A DNA stretch of 40,417 bases from an uncultured Brevifollis sp. (GTDB lineage Bacteria > Verrucomicrobiota > Verrucomicrobiia > Verrucomicrobiales > Verrucomicrobiaceae). Where the stretch lies: assembly GCA_964472185.1 (NCBI GenBank), contig CAYYJK010000003.1, positions 1 through 40,417 on the forward strand, written 5' to 3'. Shown piece by piece: positions 31,352 to 40,417 of the stretch; position 1 is the first letter of the stretch, and each line of letters begins with the position of its first letter. The notes below the pieces were generated by a model, which saw only the letters and a program-made list of their open reading frames with translations, was not told where the DNA came from and did not search any database. Both the position numbers and the translations under genes were made by a program.

Positions 31352-33709
31352 ATGAAGGCGATTTTCAGCCACGGGTGCCGTGCGCATCCCCTGCTCGTGC
31401 TGGCCGGGACGGCCATCGCCGGCATTCTCCTGGCCGAACACTTGCGGTGGCCCGCCCCGGCGCCCGCCGCCGTCCTGGTCGTGCTGGGAGCGGGCCTGAC
31501 CGTCGTCCGCCGGGTCGGCTGGACGCTCCTGCTGCCGGGCGTTGCCCTGCTGTTCGCCGGCCTGCACCAGCTGCGGCTGGCGCAGACGCACCGGCACCCG
31601 CTGCGCGCGGAGCTGCTGGCACGGCCCGACCGGCCAGAGGCCGTCAGCCTGCAAGGCCGGCTGCTGCCTTGGAGCGACGGCGCCGAACTGGACGAAAGCA
31701 GCGCACTCTGCGACGTCAGCGCCCTGCGCTGGGGCAACGCCGGGCCGTTTCTGCCGGTGCGGGTCCGGGTGAAGGTCGCGCTGCCGCCGGGCTTCGTCTT
31801 GGACCGGCCGGGACTGCACGAGCTCGCCGGAACCCTGCGCCTGCCGCGACCGCCGATGAACCCCGGTCAGTTCGACGGCGTCGAGTACGGCCTGCGCCAG
31901 GGCTGGGTGGCCGTTCTGCAGGCTCAGCGGGTGCGGCTGCTGCAGGCGTCCGCCTGGGCGCCGCGTTTCCACCTGCTGCGGGCGGCGGAAAACTGCCGGC
32001 AGTGGATCCTGCGCCAGCTGTCGAGCGGTCTGGAGGACGCCGGCCCCCAGGCGGCCGTGATCCACGCCATGGCCCTCGGTGCGTCGGATGCAGCCGGAGA
32101 CGACATCGAGGACGCCTTCCGCGACAGCGGCACCCTGCACGTCTTTGCCGTCAGCGGCCTGCACGTGGTCATGCTGGCAGGCATTGCCGGCGTCGCGCTG
32201 CGCTGGCTCGGCCTGCAGCGCAGCGCCCTGGCGCTGATCGGCCTGGTGTTCATCTACGCCTTCGTCACCGGCTGGCGGCCGTCGGCGGCCCGGGCCGCCT
32301 TCATGACCGCGCTGCTGCTGCTGGCCCCGCTGGCGAACCGCCGGGCCCGGCTGCAAAACAGCCTGGGCGCCGCCGCGCTGATCCTGCTGGCAGCCGACAC
32401 CCACCAGCTGTTCCAGCCGGGCTTCCAGCTCTCCTTCGGCGTCCTCTGGGCCATCGCCCTCTTGGCACCGCCCCTGCTCGCCGGCCTGCAGCCCTGGTGC
32501 CGGCTGGATCCCTTCCTGCCCGCCATCCTGGCCAGCCGGCGCCAGCGCTGGGCGGCCGCCGCGCGCACCGGCGCCGCTTCGCTGGCCTGCGTCTCCGCCG
32601 CGGCCTGGGCGGGCAGCTTGCCGTTCATGATCGGCCACTTCCAAACCGTGACGCCGGTGGCCCTGGTCGCCAACCTCATCCTGGTGCCCGCCTCGGGGCT
32701 CTGCCTGACTCTGGCCTGCGCGAGCCTGGCCTGCGCCGCCCTGCAGCTGCACGGAGCGGTCCTGCTGACCAACGGCCTGAACGCCTTTCTGGCCCAGCTG
32801 ATGGTCGCCGCCGCCGGCTGGTTCGCCTCCTGGCCGGGCGCCCACGGCAGCCTCGACCTGCGCCTCCAGCCGCCGCCCAGCCCGGCCTCCCTGCGCGTGT
32901 TCCACCTGCCCGGCGGCGGCGGCGCCAGCCACTTGCGCTGCGGCACCCGGCACTGGCTGCTGGACACCGGCAACCTCCGCCCCTGGCGCACCGTGCTGCG
33001 CCCCTACTTCAGCCAGCAGGGCATCAACCGGCTCGACGGCCTGATCCTCAGCCATGCCGACATGGCCCACTGCGGCGCCGCGCCTCTGGCTCTGGCCACG
33101 ATGCAGGCGGCGCGGCTGCACACCAGCCTGCACGAACCGTGGCGCTTCGATCCGCCGTTCGCCAGCCTCCGCCAGCTCGGCCGGTTGACGCCGCCGGACG
33201 GGCCGGTCTGGCAGCGCCACGCGATCGATGCGCGGCTCGTCCTGGCGCCCTCGGACGGGCTGCCGGTGACCGCCACGGTGCTTCATCCCGGCGCGGACGA
33301 CCGGCATGAAAAGGCCGATGACCGCGCCCTCGTGCTGCAGCTCACCGTCGGCCGCCTGCGCCTGCTCTGGCTGAACGACGCCGGCTTCATCACCGAGAAA
33401 CGCCTGCTGGAACGCCGGGCGGATCTCGCCTGCGACATCCTGATCCGCAACCAGCACGGCAGCGACGTCTCCGGCCTGCCGGAACTGCTGCGCGCCGCGC
33501 GGCCGCGGGCGCTGATCTGCGCCGGTGATTCCCGCTTCCCGGAAGAGACCCTGCCGCCGGGGCTGCGTCAGTTCTGCGCCGAACAGGCCATCCCCCTGTT
33601 TGACTTGGAAGTCTGCGGCAGCGTCGGCATCGATTTCGAAACGGACCGCGCGCAGCTGCGCACCTTCCGCTCCGGCGAGACGCTGACGCTGCGGGCGGCG
33701 GATCGGTGA
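31352..33709 (+). CDS. comEC: ComEC/Rec2 family competence protein
   Basis: OB-region NPGQFD, competence-domain GTLHVFAVSGLHV, PSAARA, FQPGFQLSF, and a C-terminal MBL-like domain (LLDTG, ILSHAD, QHGS). Confidence 0.92.
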   Translation: MKAIFSHGCRAHPLLVLAGTAIAGILLAEHLRWPAPAPAAVLVVLGAGLTVVRRVGWTLLLPGVALLFAGLHQLRLAQTHRHPLRAELLARPDRPEAVSLQGRLLPWSDGAELDESSALCDVSALRWGNAGPFLPVRVRVKVALPPGFVLDRPGLHELAGTLRLPRPPMNPGQFDGVEYGLRQGWVAVLQAQRVRLLQASAWAPRFHLLRAAENCRQWILRQLSSGLEDAGPQAAVIHAMALGASDAAGDDIEDAFRDSGTLHVFAVSGLHVVMLAGIAGVALRWLGLQRSALALIGLVFIYAFVTGWRPSAARAAFMTALLLLAPLANRRARLQNSLGAAALILLAADTHQLFQPGFQLSFGVLWAIALLAPPLLAGLQPWCRLDPFLPAILASRRQRWAAAARTGAASLACVSAAAWAGSLPFMIGHFQTVTPVALVANLILVPASGLCLTLACASLACAALQLHGAVLLTNGLNAFLAQLMVAAAGWFASWPGAHGSLDLRLQPPPSPASLRVFHLPGGGGASHLRCGTRHWLLDTGNLRPWRTVLRPYFSQQGINRLDGLILSHADMAHCGAAPLALATMQAARLHTSLHEPWRFDPPFASLRQLGRLTPPDGPVWQRHAIDARLVLAPSDGLPVTATVLHPGADDRHEKADDRALVLQLTVGRLRLLWLNDAGFITEKRLLERRADLACDILIRNQHGSDVSGLPELLRAARPRALICAGDSRFPEETLPPGLRQFCAEQAIPLFDLEVCGSVGIDFETDRAQLRTFRSGETLTLRAADR

Positions 33710-33716
33710 CGCCCGC

Positions 33717-35156
33717 TCAAGGCCGCCGGAGTCGGGCAAACGCCTCGCCACCCCGGCGGGCCGCCTCGACATACTGGGTCAGCGCCTGCAGGTGTTTGAC
33801 CATTTCACCGGCATCGATGACGCCATCCTTCATCCAGGCGCCACGCGGATCCTGGGAGTCCAGCGCCCGCTGCGCCTTGCCGGCCGCCCCCTTGGCCCGG
33901 CTGGCCCAGCCCTGGGCGTCGGACGGCCCGGCCCGCTTGGCCAGCAACTCCTCACGCGGCCGCTGCAGCCGCTCCTTCAGTCGCTCGAGATCCTTGCTGA
34001 TGTGATCCAGCTTGAAGCCGTAGTGGGTCGGCAGGTTGGCGTCGTCGTAGGTCAGGAGGTAACTGTCTTTGACGAAGTACAGCGGCCGATTGGTCCGCAG
34101 TTCGTAAAAACGCGCGTACCGGCCGTCGGCGAGCCGGGAGCGTTCGTACCACGCCAGGGCGGCCGTCATCGGCTTGAGGTACTTGGGATCGCCGGTGACC
34201 ACGTGCAGCTCGTGCAGAGTTTCCAGCACGCCCAGGCTTTCACCGCCGGTCACGCCCGGCGGCTCGAACTTGCGCGCCCAGACCGGCTCCATGGCGCGGT
34301 TGTACTGCTGCGCCCAGACCGGCTGCGGCTCGGGCATCTGCGCCAGCAGCAGGAAATCACCCGCCTTCCGGGCCGCCTGCAGGTACCGCGCCTGACCGGT
34401 CAGCTCATGGGCGCGCAGCAGCAGCTCGACGCAGTGCTGATGGTTGCCGTCGTTGAGGGTGTAGAAGTCGGCGTACTTCGCGCGCGGCCATTCGCGGGGC
34501 CACGCCTCCGGGTAGGCCGCGGGCAGGACGGGAGCCGACGGATCGGCGGGGCCGTCGAACTGCTGCGGCCAGGCGCCGTTGGGGAACTGGGCCGCCAGCA
34601 GGCCGTCCAGGCCGAACTGCAGCGCCTCCTGCAGGACGGCATCGCCGCGGCATTCCGGCAGGTGGGCCAGTTCGAGCAGGAACCGCAGGGCGGACTGGGT
34701 CTTGTTGTCGTCGAGCGTGCTGATGGCGCGCCGGTCGCCCCGCTTGATGTCGCCAGCCAGCGCCTGCTGATGCAAGTGCTGGCGCTTGGCCTGGGCAAAG
34801 TCGTGATCGCTGTCCCAGCCGCCGCTGGCCAGCTGGCAGGCGACCAGGGCCGCGCCGGCCGCCCGGGCCGCTTCGAGAAACTGGACGTCCCCGGTGGCCT
34901 GCCAGGCGCGGACGAACACCAGCCCCAGTGTGGTCGTCCCGGGCGGTTGGATCGAGATGAGCGTGGGCGATTGGTGATGCTCCGTGATGCCCGCGCTGAG
35001 ATCGTCTTTCCAGGCCGAGGCGTAGCCGCCGCGCACGGCCAGTTGGGCCGTACAGAAGGCCGTCGCCCGTTTCATGCCCGCCAGCACTGCGTCGGGATCA
35101 GGCAGAGCCGCAGACGCGGCGGAGACGGTCAGAGCAAGCAGGCAGGCGGCTTTCAT
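33717..35156 (-). CDS. secreted pectate lyase-like protein (PL10/PelA-like alpha/alpha barrel)
   Basis: Signal peptide; motifs STLDDNKT, QFPNGAWPQQF, YTLNDG, WAQQYN, WARKFEPP, ARFYEL. Confidence 0.78.
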   Translation of the reverse strand: MKAACLLALTVSAASAALPDPDAVLAGMKRATAFCTAQLAVRGGYASAWKDDLSAGITEHHQSPTLISIQPPGTTTLGLVFVRAWQATGDVQFLEAARAAGAALVACQLASGGWDSDHDFAQAKRQHLHQQALAGDIKRGDRRAISTLDDNKTQSALRFLLELAHLPECRGDAVLQEALQFGLDGLLAAQFPNGAWPQQFDGPADPSAPVLPAAYPEAWPREWPRAKYADFYTLNDGNHQHCVELLLRAHELTGQARYLQAARKAGDFLLLAQMPEPQPVWAQQYNRAMEPVWARKFEPPGVTGGESLGVLETLHELHVVTGDPKYLKPMTAALAWYERSRLADGRYARFYELRTNRPLYFVKDSYLLTYDDANLPTHYGFKLDHISKDLERLKERLQRPREELLAKRAGPSDAQGWASRAKGAAGKAQRALDSQDPRGAWMKDGVIDAGEMVKHLQALTQYVEAARRGGEAFARLRRP

Positions 35157-35241
35157 GGGCGAACGCTCTTCTCAACGTCGCCCGGCGCCGGGAAAATCAT
35201 CAAAGTACCCGCCCTCTGCATCGGCCGGCCGCCGGTTTGTC

Positions 35242-35288
35242 TTGAACTAGGAGAAAAACGCAAAGATACTCAGTGACTTTTTTGTCAC
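35242..35288 (+). promoter_or_regulatory. candidate sigma70 promoter with downstream palindrome
   Basis: TTGAAC(35242)-N17-GATACT(35265-35270), followed by GTGAC-TTTTTT-GTCAC (35273-35288). Confidence 0.45.
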
Positions 35289-35302
35289 CCTCCGTCGAAA
35301 CC

Positions 35303-36151
35303 ATGATCCTCGTCGAACTGGCCGGAGTCAGTGGTGCCGGTAAATCCACCCTTTCGCCCCTCGTGGCGCGCCGCCTGCGCGAGCACCTGGGCGAAGGGCG
35401 CGTGGCGGCCCTGCCCGAGAAGGACGTGCCGCGCCGCCTCCGGCGCTGGACGCGGCTCAAGCGCTGGCTGTGGATGGCGCTGCACCCCTGGCATGCCCTG
35501 ACCGCCGCCCGCGCCTGCCGCTGTCACCAGCGGGCCAGCTGCTTCTCCGCCTGGATGCGGATCTTTTCCACCATGGGCCTCGGCCGCAGCGCGCTGGCCT
35601 CGGGGGTCGACGTCGTGCTGGTCGACCAGGGCATCCTGCGGCTGCCCATCCTGCCCGTGCACGTGCCGCTGCTGCCCCGCCCGCTACTGCCCGATCTGGT
35701 CCTGCAGATCGTCGCCGACCCGGCCACGCTGGAGCTGCGGCGGCTGCGGCGTGACAAGAAGGTGCACCGCCGCCTGCAGGGCGAAGCGCGCTTCCAACGC
35801 GCCCGGGAGATCCGGCGGGTGACGGCCGGGCTGCCGGCATCCGAGCAGCAGGAGGCTCTGGCGCTGTTCAGCGCCAAATTTTGCAGTCCGGCCCTCAGTG
35901 AAGCCGAACTGGCCGCCGTGCTGACGGCGCCGCTGCCGCCCCCGGCCGACAGTCCGGCATCGCCAGCCAGCCGCTGCGAACCCGGCGCCTGCGCCCTGCT
36001 GAAGCAGCACGGCATCGGCTGGCGGCAGATCGACACGTCCGCCGCCGGCTGCATGCCGCAGGCCGTGGAGGACTGCCTGGCAGTGATCCTCGACGCCCTC
36101 GGCCAGCCTGCGATTCAGCCGAGCCCCGCCACCTTCCAGCCGTCGCGATAA
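35303..36151 (+). CDS. P-loop NTPase, nucleoside/nucleotide kinase-like hypothetical protein
   Basis: Walker A LAGVSGAGKST at the N-terminus, VLVDQG, and LPDLVLQIVADPATLELRRLRR (kinase lid-like). Alternative GTG start at 35273. Confidence 0.65.
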   Translation: MILVELAGVSGAGKSTLSPLVARRLREHLGEGRVAALPEKDVPRRLRRWTRLKRWLWMALHPWHALTAARACRCHQRASCFSAWMRIFSTMGLGRSALASGVDVVLVDQGILRLPILPVHVPLLPRPLLPDLVLQIVADPATLELRRLRRDKKVHRRLQGEARFQRAREIRRVTAGLPASEQQEALALFSAKFCSPALSEAELAAVLTAPLPPPADSPASPASRCEPGACALLKQHGIGWRQIDTSAAGCMPQAVEDCLAVILDALGQPAIQPSPATFQPSR

Positions 36152-37437
36152 TCGCGCCGCACCAGGGCGTTGGCGCCCTCGTGATTGCTGAACCGGAGGT
36201 TCTGCCGGTCAAACTCCAGCCACTGGCCCGGGAACCGGTCGGTGTAGGTGCCCACCAGCACCGTTTCCGTGAGCGGGCCGCCGTGACGGAAGTCCGCGCA
36301 GCTCCTGCGGCCGGCCACGATGGCGTCCACCCAGTCGTGGTAGTGGTCCTGGCCCTTCAGACCCTTCGGATACTTCTCCGCCGGGAAGTCGGCCTCCGGC
36401 AGGACGAACGGCCGGCCGCCGTAGGGTTTGAAGATGGCGCCTGCCGTGCCCTGCCAGAACGTGCCGGACTTCGGAAACTGCTTGAGCGCCGCCGGCATCC
36501 TGACCTTGTCGCGGTCGGGATCGACGCCGCCATCGTACCAGGTGATCTTCAGCACGTCTGCGGCGGTGAACTCCGAGCCGGGGAACTCCAGCTCGACGAT
36601 GCGCTTTTCCCCCCAGAGCGGACCGCTGCTGCCGCCGTGGGTCAGGCGCGCACGGGTCGGCGCGGTGAGCTTGAGGGCGTCAAACGTGGTGTCGAAATGG
36701 TGGCAGCCCATGTCGCCCATCTCGCCGCAGCCGAAGTCGAACCAGGCGCGCCAGTTCTGCGGATGGTAGGTGTCCTTCAGGTACGGCACTGCCGGCCGCA
36801 CGCCGCACCAGAGATCCCAATCCAGACCTTCGGGCAGCGGGTCGCCCTGGCGGCGCAGCTCGGTGTTCTTCGGCCACCAGCTCAGCGGCTTGTTCTCCCA
36901 CATGACGACCTCGCGGACCTTGCCGATGGCGCCGCTGCGGATCAGCTCGACCGTCATCCGCGCCTCGATGCTCGAGCGGCCCTGGTTGCCAAGCTGGGTG
37001 ACCACGCCCGCCTGCTCGGCCTCGCGGGTGATGACCCGGCATTCGTGCAGGGTCGGCGCCATCGGCTTCTGCAGGTAGACGTGCTTTCGGGCGCGCAGGG
37101 CGGTCACGCAGGGCGCGGCGTGCATGTGGTCGGGCGTGCCGATGGTGACCGCATCGAACCGGTCCGTCTGCCCGGCCAGCAGCTCGCGCCAGTCCCGGTG
37201 CCGGGAAGCCTCGGGAAAGTCCTTGGCGGCCTGGGCCAGGTGGACGGCGTCGACATCGCACAGGGCGGTGATCTTCACCCCGGCGTGCGAAGCGACGCTG
37301 CGCATCGTGTTGCCGCCCATGCGGGCGACGCCGATGCAGGCGACCTGCAGCAGGGAGTTGGGCGAGGCGCTGCGCAGGATGGCGGGGAAGCCGAACGTGG
37401 CGGCGGCGGACTGCTGGAGGAAGCGGCGGCGATTCAT
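36115..37437 (-). CDS. Tat-exported Gfo/Idh/MocA family oxidoreductase
   Basis: MNRRRFLQQ twin-Arg signal; motifs ALCDVD, TPDHMH, HVYLQKP, QLGNQ, LDWDLWCG, GDMGCH. Confidence 0.92.
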   Translation of the reverse strand: MNRRRFLQQSAAATFGFPAILRSASPNSLLQVACIGVARMGGNTMRSVASHAGVKITALCDVDAVHLAQAAKDFPEASRHRDWRELLAGQTDRFDAVTIGTPDHMHAAPCVTALRARKHVYLQKPMAPTLHECRVITREAEQAGVVTQLGNQGRSSIEARMTVELIRSGAIGKVREVVMWENKPLSWWPKNTELRRQGDPLPEGLDWDLWCGVRPAVPYLKDTYHPQNWRAWFDFGCGEMGDMGCHHFDTTFDALKLTAPTRARLTHGGSSGPLWGEKRIVELEFPGSEFTAADVLKITWYDGGVDPDRDKVRMPAALKQFPKSGTFWQGTAGAIFKPYGGRPFVLPEADFPAEKYPKGLKGQDHYHDWVDAIVAGRRSCADFRHGGPLTETVLVGTYTDRFPGQWLEFDRQNLRFSNHEGANALVRRDYRDGWKVAGLG

Positions 37438-37475
37438 GACCGGAGGAAAACGCGCGCCCGCCCCGGCTTTATCGC

Positions 37476-40417
37476 TCACAGCGAGCGGAGCAGGGTCAGC
37501 GTCTCCTCCAGCTGGCGGTGCCCCTGCCGTTCGGTCAGCCGCGGAAACTTGCCCTGCAGCATGACGTACTTGCCGTGCCGGGTGATCATGAGCTTGCGCT
37601 CCTTGATCTCCACCTCGGTCACCCCGGCGTGCGCCGCCGCCAGCCGGATGCGGGCGCAGGTCAGCAGGTTCTGCACGGCATGCGGCAGCTGGGCGCCGTA
37701 CTGGTCGCGCCACTGCTCCTCCAGTTCGTCCAGCTCGCGGCGGGTCATCACCTCGCCGAGCTGGCGGTAGGCGAGAATGCGCAGGCGCGTGTCCTCGATG
37801 AAGGCCAGCGGCAGGAACGCCGGCGTCGCGCCGGCCGCCGCCTGCGCCATCTGCGCTTCGGCGAGCACCAGGAAGTCGGCGCGCAGGGCGACATCGACCG
37901 GCCGCGGCACGCGCCGGCCCTGCATGCGGGCGACGCTCTGCTTGAGCATCTGGCAGTACATGTCGAAGCCGACCGCCGCGATGTGGCCGCTCTGCTCGGT
38001 GCCCAGCAGGTTGCCGGCGCCGCGGATCTCGAGGTCGCGCAGGGCGATCTTGAAACCGCTGCCGAGGCCGGCGTACTGCTTGATGGCGTTGACGCGCTTG
38101 CGGGCGTCGCCGGCGGTGACAGCGTCGCGCGGCAGCAGCAGGTAGGCGTGCGCCTGGCCGCCGCCGCGGCCGACCCGGCCGCGCAGCTGGTACAGGTCCG
38201 CCAGGCCGAAGCGGTCGGCGCGGTCGATGATGATCGTGTTGGCGTTGGGGATGTCGACGCCGCTCTCGATGATCGTGGTGCAGACCAGGACGTCGGCCCC
38301 GCCGTCGACGAAGGTGTGCATGATGTCCTCGAGCAGCTCGGCGTCCATCTGGCCGTGGCCGATGATCACCCGGGCGCCCGGGCAGAGCTCGCGGATGCGC
38401 TGGGCCGTCTTTTCGATGGTCATCACGCGGTTGTGCAGGAAAAACACCTGGCCGCCGCGCTCCAGCTCCGCGTCGACCGCCTGCTTGATGATGCGCTCGT
38501 CGTAGGGGCAGATCTGCGTCTGCACCGCCATCTTGCTTGGCGGCGGCGTCTCGATCGTGCTCATGTCGCGCATGCCCATCAGCGCGAGGTAGAGCGTGCG
38601 CGGGATCGGCGTGGCGCTGAGGGTCAGCACGTCCACCAGCCGGAACAGCTCCTTGAAGCGCTCCTTGTGCTTGACGCCGAAGCGCTGCTCCTCGTCGATC
38701 ACGACCAGGCCCAGGTCCTTGAAGCGCACGTCCTTGGAAATGACCCGGTGCGTGCCGACGACGATGTCGACCGTGCCGTCGCGCACGCCCTCCAGGATCT
38801 TCTTCTCGCGGTTTTTCGGCGTCAGCCGGCAGAGCATCTCGACGGTCACCGGAAACTCGCTCATGCGCTCGCGGATGTTCGTCCAGTGCTGGCGCGCCAG
38901 CACCGTGGTCGGCACCAGGATGGCGACCTGCTTGCCGCCCATCACCGCCTTGAACGCGGCCCGGATCGCGACCTCGGTCTTGCCAAAGCCGACGTCGGCG
39001 CAGAGCAGCCGGTCCATCGGCTTGAGCGCCTCCATGTCGCGCTTGATCTCCTCGACGCAGCGCAGCTGGTCCGGCGTCTCGCGGTAGAGGAAGGACTGCT
39101 CGAACTCCGCCTGCCATTTCGTGTCCGGCGGATGCGCGTAGCCGGTCACCGACTGCCGCTCGGCGCTGATGGTGAGCATGCGCGCGGCGAACTCCTCGAC
39201 GCTCTTTTCGGCGCTCCGGCGCGTCTTCTGCCAGGCGTTGCCGCCCAGCTTGCTGAGCGCCGGCGCCCGGCCGCCGACGCCGACGTAGCGGGCGACCATG
39301 TGCGCCTGGACCGAGGGCACGAACAGCTTCGCCGAGTCGGCGTACTCGAGCACCAGCACCTCCTCGGTGCGCCCGCCCGGGCCGGTGCGCTGCGCGATGC
39401 CGGCAAAGCGCGCGATGCCGTGGTCGCTGTGCACCACCAGATCGCCCTCGCGCAGCTCGCGCAAGTCGTCGCGCGCCTTGCGCAGCGCCGCCGGATCCTC
39501 GAGCTTCGAGCCGCGCACGCGCCGCAGGTGCTGGTGGCGGCCGAACAGCTCGGCTCCGGTCAGCACCGCCAGCTTGGCCGCCGGCACCACGAAACCCCGG
39601 TAGAGCAGGCCGAGGGTCGTCTCGACGCCGGGCTCGGCGGCCCCGCCGCGCAGCTCGGCAAAGCGCTCCCGCTCGGCGTCGTTGTGGAAGAAGATGCGCG
39701 TCCGCCAGCCCTGGTTGCGCCAGTCGCGCAACTGCAGGTCGAACTGCTTGCGGCGGGCCTCATGCAGGACGAAATCCGAGGCGTCGAAAATGCCCAGGGG
39801 ATTTTCGTGGATCGCCGTGGCAAAGTCCTCCGGCCCCTCGCCCGGACCGGCCCCGGCCAGAATCCGCGCCTGGCAGGGCAGCGCCGCTTCGTCGCCGACG
39901 ACCAGGACGCAGTCCGCCGCCAGGAAGTGGTCGCGCACGCAGCCCGCCTCGGCCGCGCCTTCGGCGAGCTGCAGCACGACGCCCGCCCGCTCCAGCCGGC
40001 GGATCGACGCCTGATGGTTGAGGTCGAAAGCGCGGATCGATTCGATCTCGTCGTCAAACCACTCGACGCGCAGCGGCTCCTCCGCCTGCCAGGAGTAGAA
40101 GTCGACGATGCCGCCGCGGCGGGCGAACTGGCCGCGCTCCGTGACCACCGGAACGCGTTCGTAACCGGCGTCGGCAAGCTCGGCCAGAAAGGCCTCCAGA
40201 TCCAGCCGGGCTCCCGGCTCGAGCAACCGGCGCTGACGGGCAAGGGCCTGCGCCTCCGGGGCCGGCTCGTCAAGGCTCGCCGTGCAGGCGACCAGCACGG
40301 GCGGCGCTTCGGCCCCGCCTTCGCGCCAGCGGTCCAGCACGGCCGCCCGCTCCGCCATCACGTCCGGATCCGGCAGCACCTCCGCACCGACCCGCTGCGG
40401 CAGCCGCGGCAGGTACA
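37476..40417 (-). CDS. mfd: transcription-repair coupling factor (5' end beyond the right edge)
   Basis: UvrB-like FARRGGIVD, RID GDLVVHSDHG, ETPDQ, ADVGFGKTEVA, IDEEQRFGV, LSATPIPRT, QLRGRVGR, DLEIRGAGNLLG. The frame stays open to the window edge. Confidence 0.98.
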   Translation of the reverse strand, partial: YLPRLPQRVGAEVLPDPDVMAERAAVLDRWREGGAEAPPVLVACTASLDEPAPEAQALARQRRLLEPGARLDLEAFLAELADAGYERVPVVTERGQFARRGGIVDFYSWQAEEPLRVEWFDDEIESIRAFDLNHQASIRRLERAGVVLQLAEGAAEAGCVRDHFLAADCVLVVGDEAALPCQARILAGAGPGEGPEDFATAIHENPLGIFDASDFVLHEARRKQFDLQLRDWRNQGWRTRIFFHNDAERERFAELRGGAAEPGVETTLGLLYRGFVVPAAKLAVLTGAELFGRHQHLRRVRGSKLEDPAALRKARDDLRELREGDLVVHSDHGIARFAGIAQRTGPGGRTEEVLVLEYADSAKLFVPSVQAHMVARYVGVGGRAPALSKLGGNAWQKTRRSAEKSVEEFAARMLTISAERQSVTGYAHPPDTKWQAEFEQSFLYRETPDQLRCVEEIKRDMEALKPMDRLLCADVGFGKTEVAIRAAFKAVMGGKQVAILVPTTVLARQHWTNIRERMSEFPVTVEMLCRLTPKNREKKILEGVRDGTVDIVVGTHRVISKDVRFKDLGLVVIDEEQRFGVKHKERFKELFRLVDVLTLSATPIPRTLYLALMGMRDMSTIETPPPSKMAVQTQICPYDERIIKQAVDAELERGGQVFFLHNRVMTIEKTAQRIRELCPGARVIIGHGQMDAELLEDIMHTFVDGGADVLVCTTIIESGVDIPNANTIIIDRADRFGLADLYQLRGRVGRGGGQAHAYLLLPRDAVTAGDARKRVNAIKQYAGLGSGFKIALRDLEIRGAGNLLGTEQSGHIAAVGFDMYCQMLKQSVARMQGRRVPRPVDVALRADFLVLAEAQMAQAAAGATPAFLPLAFIEDTRLRILAYRQLGEVMTRRELDELEEQWRDQYGAQLPHAVQNLLTCARIRLAAAHAGVTEVEIKERKLMITRHGKYVMLQGKFPRLTERQGHRQLEETLTLLRSL

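Noticed and set aside
30791-33772. 993-aa minus-strand ORF
   Set aside because: Antisense shadow of comEC and the TPR gene.
35272-35289. CRP/FNR or Rex box
   Set aside because: Spacing is GTGA-N8-TCAC rather than N6, and the flanking T/A bases are missing.
36115-39117. Apparent 1000-aa ORF suggesting an mfd-oxidoreductase fusion or frameshift
   Set aside because: The first ~560 aa are an off-frame reading of mfd. The real gene starts at ATG 37437 with a Tat signal, and mfd ends normally at 37476.
1-40417. CRISPR arrays, tRNA/rRNA/tmRNA, IS elements, prophage or defence genes
   Set aside because: No spaced direct-repeat array, cloverleaf, transposase, integrase or phage/defence motif seen. 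Intergenic gaps are mostly under 200 bp.

Overview
A very GC-rich (about 70% by eye), gene-dense bacterial chromosomal segment. The gene repertoire (PQQ-like beta-propellers, Tat-exported Gfo/Idh/MocA and TIM-barrel proteins, a PVC-style ECF sigma factor, a PL10-like lyase, C-rich leaders without Shine-Dalgarno sites) suggests Verrucomicrobiota; this is an inference. There are 34 CDS. Most are housekeeping genes (partial glnD, apt, tgt-yajC-secDF, rlmH, coaX, rplS, folA, pgk-tpiA, kup, msrB, comEC, partial mfd), interleaved with signalling and envelope genes. I found no rRNA, tRNA, CRISPR array, transposase or integrase. The best candidates for undescribed biology are: (1) a single-domain globin placed head-to-head with a NarL/LuxR response regulator and tail-to-tail with a membrane histidine kinase that has a repeated OB-fold-like ectodomain, with the same TCCGAC-N4-GTCGGA palindrome upstream of both the RR/globin pair and the kinase; (2) a HisKA_2-type PAS kinase that lacks its phosphoacceptor His, paired with a hybrid kinase whose N-terminal receiver is also degenerate; (3) a Tgt with a non-canonical zinc site; and (4) several operator-like or structured intergenic elements. 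All assignments come from motif recognition only; no database search was run.
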